A stretch of 64,000 nucleotides of DNA from Candidatus Bathyarchaeota archaeon (lineage in GTDB: Archaea; Thermoproteota; Bathyarchaeia; Hecatellales; Hecatellaceae), in the NCBI GenBank assembly GCA_052246995.1, contig JBQPWD010000003.1:32001-96000 (forward strand), given 5' to 3'. Shown here piece after piece: positions 1 to 11,489 of this stretch; the first letter of the stretch is position 1; each line of letters opens with the position of its first letter. Below the pieces are notes generated by a model. That model was not told the DNA's origin, did no database searches, and saw nothing but the letters and a program-made list of their open reading frames with translations. A program made the position numbers and the translations under genes.

Positions 1-827
<827 letters not shown>

Positions 828-828
<1 letters not shown>

Positions 829-3800
829 TGAGCTTAGAAGTGCTTGAAAGTGAAGAAGTATTAAAAACTATTAAAAAAATTAGGTTTGAAGTTTTTTCTC
901 CACACGACATTAGAAAATACTCTGTTGTTGAGGTTAGAGAACCAGACACATACGATGAAGACGGTAGCCCCATAACTTCAGGGTTAATGGATGAACGGCT
1001 TGGGACATTAGAACCTAGAGCTAAATGTAAAACCTGCGGGAATACCGCTGTAAGATGTCCAGGACATTTTGGCCATGTTGAGCTTGCAACACCCACAATC
1101 CACATTTGCTTTGTAAAGTATGTTCATGAACTTCTTAATATTTTCTGTAAAGAATGTGGAAGAATAACTCTACGTGAGGCTAAAATAGAAGATTATAGGA
1201 AAAAGGTTGCGACGTACAAGCTTGAGGTTGGAGATGAACCTCAACATATTTATGAGGAAATTAAAAATGAAGCAAAAAAGGTAACTGTATGCCCACACTG
1301 CATGAAAAGAAAAAACCCCGTGGAATTTAATAAACCAGCAAACTTTTTTGAACACTTGGAAGATGGTTCACTAAAACCGTTAGATCCTGCAACAATCAGA
1401 ACTAGACTTGAACTTATTAACGACAAAGATTATGAGCTTTTAGGCTATTCCTCCATAGCCGCTAGACCTGAATGGATGATTTTAACAGTTCTTCCAGTTC
1501 CACCTGTATGTGTAAGACCTTCAATTATCCTTGAGTCGGGTATAAGGTCTGAGGATGACTTAACCCATAAACTTGTAGACATTATAAGAATTAACAGGAA
1601 GCTTGAGGAATATGCATCGGAAGGTGGTGCTCCACCGCTAATTTTTCAGGAGCTTTCAGAGCTACTTCAATATCATGTTATAACATACTTTGACAATGAA
1701 ACTTCGGGCATTCCTCCAGCAAGACATAGGTCTGGCAGGGCTTTAAGGACATTAGCTCAAAGACTTAAAGGTAAGGAGGGAAGATTTAGAAGCAACCTTT
1801 CAGGTAAAAGGGTTGACTTTTCAGCTAGAACAGTTATCTCTCCTGACCCAAACTTGGGCATTGATGAGGTTGGCGTGCCCATAGAGATTGCTAAACATTT
1901 AACTTATCCCGAAGTTGTAACAGAATGGAATCTTGAGCTTATGAAGCAACTTGTTAAAAATGGTCCATCAAACCATCCTGGGGCATTGTATATTGTTAGG
2001 CCTGACGGTAAAAGAGTTAGACTAGAGTTTGTTTCTGATAGAGAAAAAATTGCTGAAAGTCTTCAACCGGGGTTTATTGTTGAAAGACATCTAATGGATG
2101 GAGATATAGTCATCTTTAACAGGCAACCTTCACTTCACAGAATGTCTATGATGGTGCATAGGGTTAAAGTTTTACCTTATAAAACATTTAGGCTCCACTT
2201 GGCAGTATGTCCTCCATACAATGCAGATTTTGATGGAGATGAAATGAATCTACATGTACCCCAAACAGAGGAAGCTGTAACTGAAGCTAAAATTTTAATG
2301 CAAGTTCAAACTCAAATACTTTCACCAAGATATGGTGGTCCAATAATAGGGGCTATAAGAGACTTTATAACTGGAGCATACCTCCTCACAAGGAAGTCAA
2401 CTCTGCTTAGAAAGGGCGAGGTTTTCGACTTGCTTGTAGCTTTAGAGTATGAAGGTCCGTTTCCGGAGCCAGTTGTTAAAAAACCTGAACCATTATGGTC
2501 TGGAAAAGATATTTTTAGTCTTCTTCTACCTGAAGATTTAAACCATGTTGGTAAAGCAAGCATATGTGTTGGATGTGAAGTATGTAAAGAGGAAAAATGT
2601 GAGAATGATGCTTACGTTGTTGTTAAAAATGGTAAGCTTATTTCAGGTGCGATTGATAAAAACTCTATTGGCGCTGAAAAATCTGAAAGCATTCTTCATA
2701 GAATTGCTAAGGAATATGGTGCTGAAGCTGCAAAAGATTTCCTCAACAAACTTTCAAGACTTGTAACAACATATCTTTCAATAAGAGGTTTTTCCTACTC
2801 TCTTGATGAGCTAGACATATCTGATGAGGTTAGAAGAAAAATTGATAGAAAAAATAAGGATGCGCAAAAAGAAATGGACGAACTCATCCGCCAGTTTAAC
2901 GCTGGAATACTGCCAAAACTTCCAGGACAAAGTCTTGAAGACTCCCTTGAAATTTATGCTATGAAAATTTTAGCCGAGGCTAGGGATAGTTGTGGGGAAT
3001 ACGTTAACCAGTATTTTAGCATGGACAACAGTGGAGCAATAATGACTAGAACGGGAGCTAGAGGTACAAGCTTAAATCTTGGACAGATGACAGCATGCCT
3101 AGGTCAACAATCTGTTAGAGGTAAAAGAATTATCCGTGGATACAGGGACAGAGCATTACCCCACTTTAAACGTGGAGATCCAAGCCCTGAGGCAAGAGGT
3201 TATGTTTATTCATGCTACAGGGATGGACTTTCACCAATAGAATTCTTCTTCCATGCTATGGGTGGTAGAGAAGGTTTAGTGGACACTGCTGTAAGAACTC
3301 AGCAAAGTGGATACATGCAGAGAAGGCTCATTAATGCACTTCAAGATTTAAAGGTTGAATATGATGAAACTATTAGAACTGCTACAGGCGAAATTATCCA
3401 GTTTAAATATGGTGAGGATGGAATTGCTCCAGCTAAAAGTGACCATGGAAAGGCTGTAAATATTCAAAGATTGATTGAAAGGATAAAACTTGTAGTCGAA
3501 AAAGGTAAGCCTGCACCTCCAAGCTACATTGAGGAAAAAGTTAAAAATGTTACAAACCAACTTCCACCGTCATTGGTAGATGAGCTTAAAAGTAGACTTT
3601 TGGATGCTAACCTTCCAAGAAATGGTGTTGACATTGTTGTTGAAAAAACGGTTGAGGAATACAACTTTGCTAAAATTGAGCCTGGAGAGTCAGCTGGAAT
3701 TGTTACAGCTCAGTCTATAGGAGAACCTGGAACTCAAATGACTCTTAGAACGTTTCACTTTGCTGGAGTTAGAGAAAGAAATGTTACTCTTGGGCTTCCA

Positions 3801-4694
3801 AGAATTATAGAAATTGTTGATGCCAGAAGGGTGCCTTCAACCCCAATCATGACGGTTTATCTTACACGTGAATATAAACATAGTCGTGAGAAAGCTGTAG
3901 AGATGGCTCAAGCATTAGTATACACAACTTTGAGAGATATTGCATCTGAAATTTACATTGACCATATTGAAGGTAGTGTAGTTATCAAAATACCTGATGA
4001 AAACCTTAAAGAAAGAGGTTTAACCTCAGACGACCTTAAGAAAGTAATAACTATTCAAAATTGTAAGGTAAAGCTGCAACATAAAGGAGGGTTTGTAACT
4101 ATTAATGTTAAACCTGAAAACGCGGAGACGTTACCAAAACTTTTTGAAAAAATACCGACAATCCAAGTTAAAGGAGTACCTGGGATCAGAAGAGCATTAG
4201 TAACTTTTGATAAGGGTGAATGGATTATCCAAACTGAGGGTTCAAACCTATCGAAGGTTTTAAAGATTGAGGGAATTGATAAATCTAGGACAACTACAAA
4301 CAACATCCACGAAATTGCTTCAACACTAGGTATTGAAGCTGCAAGAAATGCTATAATACGTGAAATGAAAAACGTTTTAGATGAACAAGGGTTGGATGTG
4401 GATATTAGACATATAATGCTGGTTGCAGATATCATGACGTTTGAAGGAGAAGTTATGCAAATTGGTAGACATGGTGTAAGCGGAGAAAAGGCAAGTGTTC
4501 TTGCAAGGGCAGCGTTTGAAATAACCGTTCCAACGCTTGTTGACGCTGCTGTTAAAGGTGAGGAGGATAGTCTTAAAGGAGTTGTAGAGAATGTTATACT
4601 TGGACAAATGATACCTGTAGGTACGGGGACAGTCGAACTTTACATGACGATGCCAAGCGAAAATTCATCTTCAGGAGGAAACAAAAATGAGTAG
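828..4694 (+). CDS. rpoA: DNA-directed RNA polymerase subunit A, undivided A'+A''
   Basis: NADFDGD catalytic motif, CPGHFGH and GKRVDFSAR, and the A''-type AQSIGEPGTQMTLRTFHFAG all lie in one ORF. Likely start is ATG at 828, overlapping the rpoB TGA. Confidence 0.97.
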
Positions 4695-5031
4695 TGCGGA
4701 CATAAATAGAGCCTTACAAGTGACGGTAAAAACTGGTAAGGTTACACTTGGATATAAGGAAAGTCTTGAAGCTTTAAGAACTGGAAAAGCTAAGCTTATA
4801 GTTGTTGCAAAAAATCTTCCATCAGAAAAGAGTGAAAAAATATTTAGGTATGCTGAAATGTTAAATATACCTGTACTTAAATATGATGGTTCAAGCATAG
4901 ATTTAGGGGTTTTATGTGAAAAACCATACACGGTTTCAGCTATGGCGGTAAGAGAAGTAGGAGACTCAGAAATATTGAAGATTATTAATTTACCAAAACC
5001 AAAAGCTACAAAAAGAAGGAGGAAAAAGTAG
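4687..5031 (+). CDS. rpl30e: 50S ribosomal protein L30e
   Basis: KTGKVTLG…LGVLCEKPY…GDSEIL pattern; conserved position after rpoA. Confidence 0.95.
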   Translation: MSSADINRALQVTVKTGKVTLGYKESLEALRTGKAKLIVVAKNLPSEKSEKIFRYAEMLNIPVLKYDGSSIDLGVLCEKPYTVSAMAVREVGDSEILKIINLPKPKATKRRRKK

Positions 5032-5034
5032 ACT

Positions 5035-5472
5035 ATGCCGGCAAAAATCAAGCTTACAACGGATGAAATAAAGTGTATGAGCCTTTTTGAAAGCATAACA
5101 GGTGTTACTGCAAGAGATTGCATAATAGATAACCATTCAAACAGGATAATTTTTGTCACAAACCCAAAAGAAGCTGGACTTGCAATAGGAAAAAATGGCT
5201 TTAAAATTAAGCTTTTAAGAAAAGCCACGGGTAAAAACATTGAGGTTGTAGAGTTCTCTGAAAACATTCAAGAGTTCATAAAAAATGCTTTTCTACCTGC
5301 AAGAGTTAAAGAGGTTAGGGTTGTGGAGAAACTTGATAAAAAGAAAGTTGCATTTGTTAAAGTAGAAAATGAGGATAAAGGGATTGCTATAGGTAAGGGT
5401 GGAGAAAAAGTAGAAAAAGTTAAAAAATTAGTTAAAAGATATTTTGATGTTGAAGGTTTATCCATAATTTAG
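5035..5472 (+). CDS. nusA: Archaeal NusA-like transcription factor (2 KH domains)
   Basis: Two AIGKxG KH motifs; follows rpl30e. Confidence 0.95.
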   Translation: MPAKIKLTTDEIKCMSLFESITGVTARDCIIDNHSNRIIFVTNPKEAGLAIGKNGFKIKLLRKATGKNIEVVEFSENIQEFIKNAFLPARVKEVRVVEKLDKKKVAFVKVENEDKGIAIGKGGEKVEKVKKLVKRYFDVEGLSII

Positions 5473-5541
5473 TTTTTATGTTGGAAAAACTTATCTTTAA
5501 AAATTTAGAAAAACTTTAATGGCAACTCCCCCGGGTTTTTT

Positions 5542-6825
5542 ATGTTTGAAGAAGTTTTAGGTAGCGTTAAAAATCTTAAAATCGTAAACTCTTCAAACTC
5601 ACTTTGCCTTATATGTAAAGCTGGAAGAATGCTTTGTGGTAAACCGTACTGTCCCATCCTTTTAAAACTAGATGTATTAAAAAAACATAAGAAAATTCTG
5701 GATTTAGATTTTATTGAAGGTTCAACACCTCCAGCTGCTTTTGTTGGACATCAAGGTTATCCTAAAGTTCAAGTTGGACCCTTAATTCCACCTTTTCACG
5801 GAGATACTTCAACATTAGATTTGCCTGAAAGCTGGATAGGGAAAAGTTTAAGAGATTTTTTAGACTTAAGATTTTCACTTGTTTGGGGTAAATTTAAAGT
5901 TAAAGTTGATGCTGCCAGAAAGGGGTTAAAGTTTATTGAAATGCTTCACGATGCAGCTTTAAGCTTTAACTCTGTTGATAGTGAAGCTGTTTTTACAAAA
6001 AAGCCAAGCACCTCTATTATTCTGGATGATTGGAGTCAACCATTCGGAATATCTGCACCCATACTAAAGCTTAAAATTGCAGGTGGAACGGGGGAGAGAA
6101 GACTGGAAAGATGCTTTTATGACCACGATTTGAAGGCTGAAGAGGCAGTTTTAAGGTTGTATAGTGAAGGTATACCTGTATCAAGAATTCAGCATCTTCT
6201 AAGCCTAGGTATGCTTGGAATTTTTAAAGACAGGGTACTTGTACCGACAAGGTGGAGTATTACCGCGGTGGATAGCATAATATCCTTAAACCTTATAAAT
6301 GAAATTAAACATTACGAGAGTATAGATGAATATAGGCTTTACTTTTTTAAAAATCTTGATAACCTTTTTGTTGTGGCACTTATACCTGGAAAATGGAGTT
6401 TTGAATGGATAGAGGCATGGTTTCCAGGAACAGTTTGGAATGTTTCTGGATTAAAACCTGAAATTATGGGGGATTTTGAAGGATTTAAAGGTAGGAAAAG
6501 TTACGCTGTTGTTGGCGGGTGTTACTATGCCGCCAGACTTGCGGTTGCTGAAGCTCTTAAACATGAAAAAAAGCAGGCTTCGGCACTACTTTTAAGGGAA
6601 ATTTACAACGGGTATACCATACCTGTGGGTGTTTGGAATGTTAGGGAGAGTGTAAGATGGGCTTTAAAAACTAAACCTGAGACATTTCAAACATTTCCAG
6701 ACCTGTTAAAAGGTGTTTCAACAATTTTAAGAATACCCATTGTTGAATGGGTTAGGCATAGCAGACTGCTTAAACATTTAATTTTACAGAAAAGAATTCC
6801 TGATTTTTTGAACGAGAAAGCTTAA
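5542..6825 (+). CDS. nreA: Nre family DNA repair protein (DUF650/DUF651)
   Basis: N-terminal CxxCKxxRxLCGKxxCP, LVPTRWSITAVD, GGCYYAARL, VGVWNVRE; C-terminal PIP-box-like QKRIPDFL. Confidence 0.9.
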   Translation: MFEEVLGSVKNLKIVNSSNSLCLICKAGRMLCGKPYCPILLKLDVLKKHKKILDLDFIEGSTPPAAFVGHQGYPKVQVGPLIPPFHGDTSTLDLPESWIGKSLRDFLDLRFSLVWGKFKVKVDAARKGLKFIEMLHDAALSFNSVDSEAVFTKKPSTSIILDDWSQPFGISAPILKLKIAGGTGERRLERCFYDHDLKAEEAVLRLYSEGIPVSRIQHLLSLGMLGIFKDRVLVPTRWSITAVDSIISLNLINEIKHYESIDEYRLYFFKNLDNLFVVALIPGKWSFEWIEAWFPGTVWNVSGLKPEIMGDFEGFKGRKSYAVVGGCYYAARLAVAEALKHEKKQASALLLREIYNGYTIPVGVWNVRESVRWALKTKPETFQTFPDLLKGVSTILRIPIVEWVRHSRLLKHLILQKRIPDFLNEKA

Positions 6826-6833
6826 ATTTAAAA

Positions 6834-7166
6834 TTAGGCTGCTGAAACAAGCGGTTTATATATTTTTAACCTTCTACATCCAGAAACAAGCTCAACAATA
6901 CCTTTTTTCTGAAGCTCTTCAAGAAAATCTTTAGCTGTACTTACACGAAGTGAAAAGGTTGAAGCTATGGTTGACGGGGTTACAACCTTTATTTTTTTAA
7001 TTTCGTTTATCAGTGTATTTTCATCAATACTAGGCAGAGTTACACTTTGACTCTTCTTTTCAGACGTAGCGGCTTTCTTTTTTCTTGCCTCCATTTTCTT
7101 TTTTTCTTCTCTAAGTTTCTGAGCTTTTTCCATTCCCGTGATGCTTCTTCTTTTAACACCACCCAT
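6834..7166 (-). CDS. rps25e: 30S ribosomal protein S25e
   Basis: Basic N-terminus MGGxKR and VVTPSTIAS…VSTAKDFLEELxxKG winged helix. Confidence 0.9.
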   Translation of the reverse strand: MGGVKRRSITGMEKAQKLREEKKKMEARKKKAATSEKKSQSVTLPSIDENTLINEIKKIKVVTPSTIASTFSLRVSTAKDFLEELQKKGIVELVSGCRRLKIYKPLVSAA

Positions 7167-7308
7167 AATACTCCACCTAAGTTATAGATGGCTTAAACAG
7201 CACTTAAGTTTTTCAGACATAAAAAGTTTTTAGTTTAAACTCTAAAACAATAAACACTAGAGTTAATATCTTTCTTAAAATTCAAAAATTCTTGAAATGC
7301 CCTCAACA

Positions 7309-7464
7309 ATGAAGCTTATCACAGTTAAACTCCCGGATGCACTTGTTCAAGGAATAGACGAACTTATCAAGGTAGGTATGTATCCAAGTAGAAGCGCAGT
7401 TATAAGAGCAGCTGTAAGAGACCTCTTAAAAAACGAGCTTTGGCAAAATCAAGATAGAAGATAG
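7309..7464 (+). CDS. Ribbon-helix-helix (CopG) regulator, aCcr1/CdrS-like, 51 aa (not in ORF track)
   Basis: Manual translation MKLITVKLPDALVQGIDELIKVGMYPSRSAVIRAAVRDLLKNELWQNQDRR*. Alternative in-frame ATG at 7297. Confidence 0.9.
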   Translation: MKLITVKLPDALVQGIDELIKVGMYPSRSAVIRAAVRDLLKNELWQNQDRR

Positions 7465-7488
7465 TACCTTAAAACCTTGAGAAAGGTT

Positions 7489-8193
7489 TTAGTCTGGAAA
7501 AAGAGGCATATCTTCAACATCAATAACCTTTACATAGAAAAACCTTGTTTCACTGGTATTTACGCAGTATTCAAGCTGCTCTCCATTTAATCTTGAAGTT
7601 GCATATCTTAAAAACGGTTCCCTGAAAACTTTTCTTAGTTTAACGTAGAAAAATAGTGGTAGAGCATTTAGGTCGTAGTAGCGTTCAAAAGGAACGTAAG
7701 CTCCAACAACCCATTTACCGTTGCTTTTAAAACGCCAAACAGGGAAGGAAGTATAGTCTCTAGAAAAAATTAAGTATAGAAGACGTACAAGAGAGTTTAA
7801 ACTGTCAAGCTCAACTTTTAAAGGCTTTTTCACCTCATGAATTTTACCGTTTAAAAGTTTAACAAACATTTCAGGTGGGTTTTTAAGGCTTATAACTGGA
7901 GCATAGCTATACTTTGTATCTTCAAAGTTATTTGTAAAGAAGCATTCTTCATGTTCACCATCACTTTTATACGCTAAAAACGGTTGAGGTTTCTCCTTCA
8001 ACTTAACATATGCAAAAATTGGTAAATCACCTCTCCAGGATGTGTAGAGTGACAATAAACCAAGAAAGCTTTTTCTATTAACTTTAAAATGCCAGAGAAA
8101 CGGTGGGTTTTCTGTTAAAGCTAAGGACAACCTTGCAAAATTAAATAGGTTTTTAATAGCTACAGGTATTGGAGGTTTAGCATCCCCCATCAT
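7489..8193 (-). CDS. Conserved hypothetical protein with internal domain duplication
   Basis: 234-aa ORF whose halves share motifs (NLFNFARL/SLNSLVRL; LWHFK/VWRFK; FAYVKL/FFYVKL; PFLAY/PFLRY). Confidence 0.7.
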   Translation of the reverse strand: MMGDAKPPIPVAIKNLFNFARLSLALTENPPFLWHFKVNRKSFLGLLSLYTSWRGDLPIFAYVKLKEKPQPFLAYKSDGEHEECFFTNNFEDTKYSYAPVISLKNPPEMFVKLLNGKIHEVKKPLKVELDSLNSLVRLLYLIFSRDYTSFPVWRFKSNGKWVVGAYVPFERYYDLNALPLFFYVKLRKVFREPFLRYATSRLNGEQLEYCVNTSETRFFYVKVIDVEDMPLFPD

Positions 8194-8281
8194 TTAAACC
8201 TCAAAATAAAAAATTGAACTCTAATATTAAGCTAAAAACTAAATTTAATTTATACGGATTTAAAGTTTTTCACACCCTAAT

Positions 8282-9007
8282 CTACTCACAGTTAAACTTT
8301 TTAACATCCCCCTCCTTCTCAAGAAGGTATACTCCAACACCAACAAAGTTTTTGCTAAGTTTTACCCTATTTTTTTCAACAATAGTTTTAGGATTTAGCG
8401 AAACAGTTTGTAAGGCTTCTCTCTCACTTAAACCTAGAATGTAGGGTATGGAGGCAAGGTCTTTTGGTGCTTTAACCTCGTATATACATGTGGCACCGCT
8501 GCACGTGACAACCGGTACCCTATACTTTTTAGCAGTTTTAACAATTCTTTTAAATTCAAAAAGCACTTTAGGTAAAAATTTTAGCGGAGTTTCAGTAATA
8601 TGCTTAACATTTAACTCTAAACATGCATTAGAGTTTGACGCTAACTTGGCTTCAGCATCATCAAAAAGATTCAAATTTTTTGTAGGAAAAACAAGCAAAT
8701 CCACTCTACGGTCTCTTGCAGCAAATCTTGCGATATGTTTAGAGTTACAAACAACAGCTATAACTTCAAACCTTCTCCTTAACTTTCTAAGCATGTTAAG
8801 AAGTTCATGGTTGGATGATGGTTGAAGGTTAACTCTGCTAACAACATCAACACCTAAACTTTCACCAATCTTCTTCCAATCTTCAACTCTCCCGTTTAAA
8901 TCTGAAACAAGCCCAACAGCACCATAACCAAGTTTACTAAGAAAGCTTAAAATTTTTTCAGCATCTTCCCACTTAATGTTTAAATGTAAATCTACAAACC
9001 TTCCCAA
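8282..9007 (-). CDS. rnp3: Ribonuclease P protein subunit p30 (Rpp30)
   Basis: FVDLH N-terminus, ARDRRVDLL, P-VVTCSGA…APKDL PHP-fold pattern. Confidence 0.9.
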   Translation of the reverse strand: MGRFVDLHLNIKWEDAEKILSFLSKLGYGAVGLVSDLNGRVEDWKKIGESLGVDVVSRVNLQPSSNHELLNMLRKLRRRFEVIAVVCNSKHIARFAARDRRVDLLVFPTKNLNLFDDAEAKLASNSNACLELNVKHITETPLKFLPKVLFEFKRIVKTAKKYRVPVVTCSGATCIYEVKAPKDLASIPYILGLSEREALQTVSLNPKTIVEKNRVKLSKNFVGVGVYLLEKEGDVKKFNCE

Positions 9008-9030
9008 ACCTTAGCACCTTCAACAATGTT

Positions 9031-9489
9031 TTACAGCTTATCCCCTACAATCATTTTCCTGAAAAACTCAGATATCTTCTCCCTTTGTCTACGTGGAACT
9101 GTAAGCTTAATTTTTAGATGAATCGGGTCTGAGCTTGAAACCTTAAACACACCGTTATATGCTGCTTGCTTGTCAAGTCGAAGATAAAAGTTTCCATCTT
9201 CGTCAATGTTATCCTCCAACCTTTTAAGAAGCAGGTTTCGGTCAAAATCTTCAAGCCTAGAAAAAACGTTGTAGATAATTTTTCTTGCATAAGATTTAGA
9301 GTAAACTTTTGTTTTAACAAGTACGATGGGGTTTCCATGATGTCCTTCAAGCTTTTCCTCGGAAAAATTAACTCCACTATAAACTTCACTTGTTAAAACA
9401 TTTTTAAGACTTTCTAAAACTTTCTCAATGTTCTCTGTCGCGTGAGATATTACACGTACTTCAACCAAGGCTACGGGAAAACTCATCAT
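9031..9489 (-). CDS. RNA-binding protein, DUF54 / exosome-cluster family
   Basis: HATE…KV, GHHGNPI and FYLRLDKQAA motifs; adjacent to rnp3. Confidence 0.88.
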   Translation of the reverse strand: MMSFPVALVEVRVISHATENIEKVLESLKNVLTSEVYSGVNFSEEKLEGHHGNPIVLVKTKVYSKSYARKIIYNVFSRLEDFDRNLLLKRLEDNIDEDGNFYLRLDKQAAYNGVFKVSSSDPIHLKIKLTVPRRQREKISEFFRKMIVGDKL

Positions 9490-9585
9490 TAAACCTCTAC
9501 AAACCTAACCTAAAAATATCAAAAACGTTAAGTTTAAACTTTTATGTGAAATATTATCATCACACTACTCGGTGGCGTTGTAGTT

Positions 9586-10401
9586 TTGAGTATGAAGCAA
9601 GGTGATGTTTGTGTTATAGGCCTAGGAACCGTTGGGTTACCTACGGCATTATACATTAAACGTAAGGGTTTTGGAGTCTATGGTTATGATATTTCAAACA
9701 TTAAAGTTGATGGTTTAAGGGTAACATCAAACTGGAATGAGGTGCCTGAGACCATAAACATTTATGTTATATGCGTAAGTACGGGGTTAGATGTTAACCA
9801 GCAACCAGATTTAAAAAATATTTATGATGTTTGTGAGAAGATAAAACAAAAAAACCCTGACGCTCTTGTATGTATTGAAAGTACAATTCCATTAGGCACT
9901 TGTAAAAGTATTGTGGAAAAATTTAACCTAAGAAAGGTTGCACATTGTCCTCACAGATATTGGAAGGAAGACCCTAAACATCATGGAGTTAAGCAATTAA
10001 GAGTTTTAGGCGCGGTTAGCGATGAAGCTTTAAAACTTGCTAAGAACTTTTACACTAAACTTGGTATACCAACATACCTTGTTAGTAAAGTTGAAATTGC
10101 CGAGCTTTGTAAAATAGTTGAAAACACCTACAGATTTGTTCAAATTGCCTTTGCAGAAGAATTAAGAATACTTTGTGAAAATTTTGGTTTAAGTTTTGAA
10201 GAAGTTAGGAAAGCATGCAATACTAAGTGGAATATTGAAATTTTAGAAGCAAGACAAGGTATAGGCGGGGAATGTCTACCTAAGGACACAAAATACAGCT
10301 TGAGCATAGCAAAATGCTTAGGCTTAAATTTGGATATTGTTGAAGCGGCACTTAAGGCAGATGAAAAGTATAAAGCGTGGATTAGAAGGCGGGGATGGTA
10401 G
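9586..10401 (+). CDS. UDP-glucose/GDP-mannose (nucleotide-sugar) dehydrogenase family, short form
   Basis: GLGTVG Rossmann motif, IESTIPLGT, AELCKIVENTYR, GIGGECLPKD with catalytic Cys. Ends before the C-terminal domain. Confidence 0.85.
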   Translation: MSMKQGDVCVIGLGTVGLPTALYIKRKGFGVYGYDISNIKVDGLRVTSNWNEVPETINIYVICVSTGLDVNQQPDLKNIYDVCEKIKQKNPDALVCIESTIPLGTCKSIVEKFNLRKVAHCPHRYWKEDPKHHGVKQLRVLGAVSDEALKLAKNFYTKLGIPTYLVSKVEIAELCKIVENTYRFVQIAFAEELRILCENFGLSFEEVRKACNTKWNIEILEARQGIGGECLPKDTKYSLSIAKCLGLNLDIVEAALKADEKYKAWIRRRGW

Positions 10402-11466
10402 ATGAATCGTAAGGTAGTTTTAGATGTAGCAACACCAAAACAGGCAATTTTTGCTTCAATGCTTTATAGAGAGCTTAAGAGTAAATGTGAGGTTGAAATT
10501 TTAGCTAGGAAGGAAACACAAACTATAGACCTTTTAAACATTTTAAAACTGCCTTACTTAGTGTTAGGAGAGTATGGTAACCAATCCGTTGAAGGAAAGC
10601 TTGAAGCAACACTTAAAAGAGAATTTATGCTTTTAAAACATTTTAAGAGAAATGGTTTTCCTGATGTTTTATGGAGTCATGGTAGTGTAAGTAGTATTAG
10701 GATTGCGTACATGCTAAGAAAACCAGTAGTCTACAATAATGACACCTTACATAATATCCCTGTTGTAAAGCTTACAGCTCCTTACGCATCCTGCCTGATA
10801 ATACCTGAAGCATACAAAAAATCTGAATGGTCTAAGTTTGGGTTAGAAAAGGATAAAATTTTTAAGTTTAAAGGTGTGGAAGAGGCTGCATGGATTAAGA
10901 AGTATAAGCTACCCAATCATGAAAAAGTTTTAGATAAAATTTTAAATGGTCAAAGTTTTGATAGAGTCGTTGTCTTTCGTGGTGTTGAGTATAAGGCCAG
11001 CTATGTAAGCTATGATGAAGGTTTTAAGGTTAACCTTAATATTGTAAGAAATGTTCTAAGGAAGCTTACAAAATATGCAGCAATAATTTACCTTCCACGG
11101 TATGAAGAGGATAAGGGGGTTATGAAGGGTTTGGAGAAAGTGTTTATTCCTGAAAAACCCCCCTATGCTCCCAAACTTGTTGGCGCTGTAGACCTTGTCA
11201 TATCCTCCGGTGGGACTCTAGCTAGGGAATCGGCCTTGCTTGGAACTCCAACCTTAAGTTTTTACTTTAACGATAGAATCTTAAGGTACCTTAAAATGAA
11301 GGGTTTTAACGTTAAATATGTTCCCAATGCCGAAAAACTACTTAAAATTTCACTAAAAATTCTTAAAAACCCTGAAAAGTATAGGATAAACACTTATAGG
11401 CTTCTAAAAAAGCTCGAATCCCCCATCCCCCTAACTATTAAGCATATTTTAAAGTTTTTAAGTTAA
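10402..11466 (+). CDS. DUF354 family GT-B-fold protein (putative glycosyltransferase)
   Basis: DVATPKQ, GVEEAAW and GGTLARESALLGTPT motifs. Confidence 0.85.
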   Translation: MNRKVVLDVATPKQAIFASMLYRELKSKCEVEILARKETQTIDLLNILKLPYLVLGEYGNQSVEGKLEATLKREFMLLKHFKRNGFPDVLWSHGSVSSIRIAYMLRKPVVYNNDTLHNIPVVKLTAPYASCLIIPEAYKKSEWSKFGLEKDKIFKFKGVEEAAWIKKYKLPNHEKVLDKILNGQSFDRVVVFRGVEYKASYVSYDEGFKVNLNIVRNVLRKLTKYAAIIYLPRYEEDKGVMKGLEKVFIPEKPPYAPKLVGAVDLVISSGGTLARESALLGTPTLSFYFNDRILRYLKMKGFNVKYVPNAEKLLKISLKILKNPEKYRINTYRLLKKLESPIPLTIKHILKFLS

Positions 11467-11489
11467 AGTTTGTACTGAAACGGGTTATG

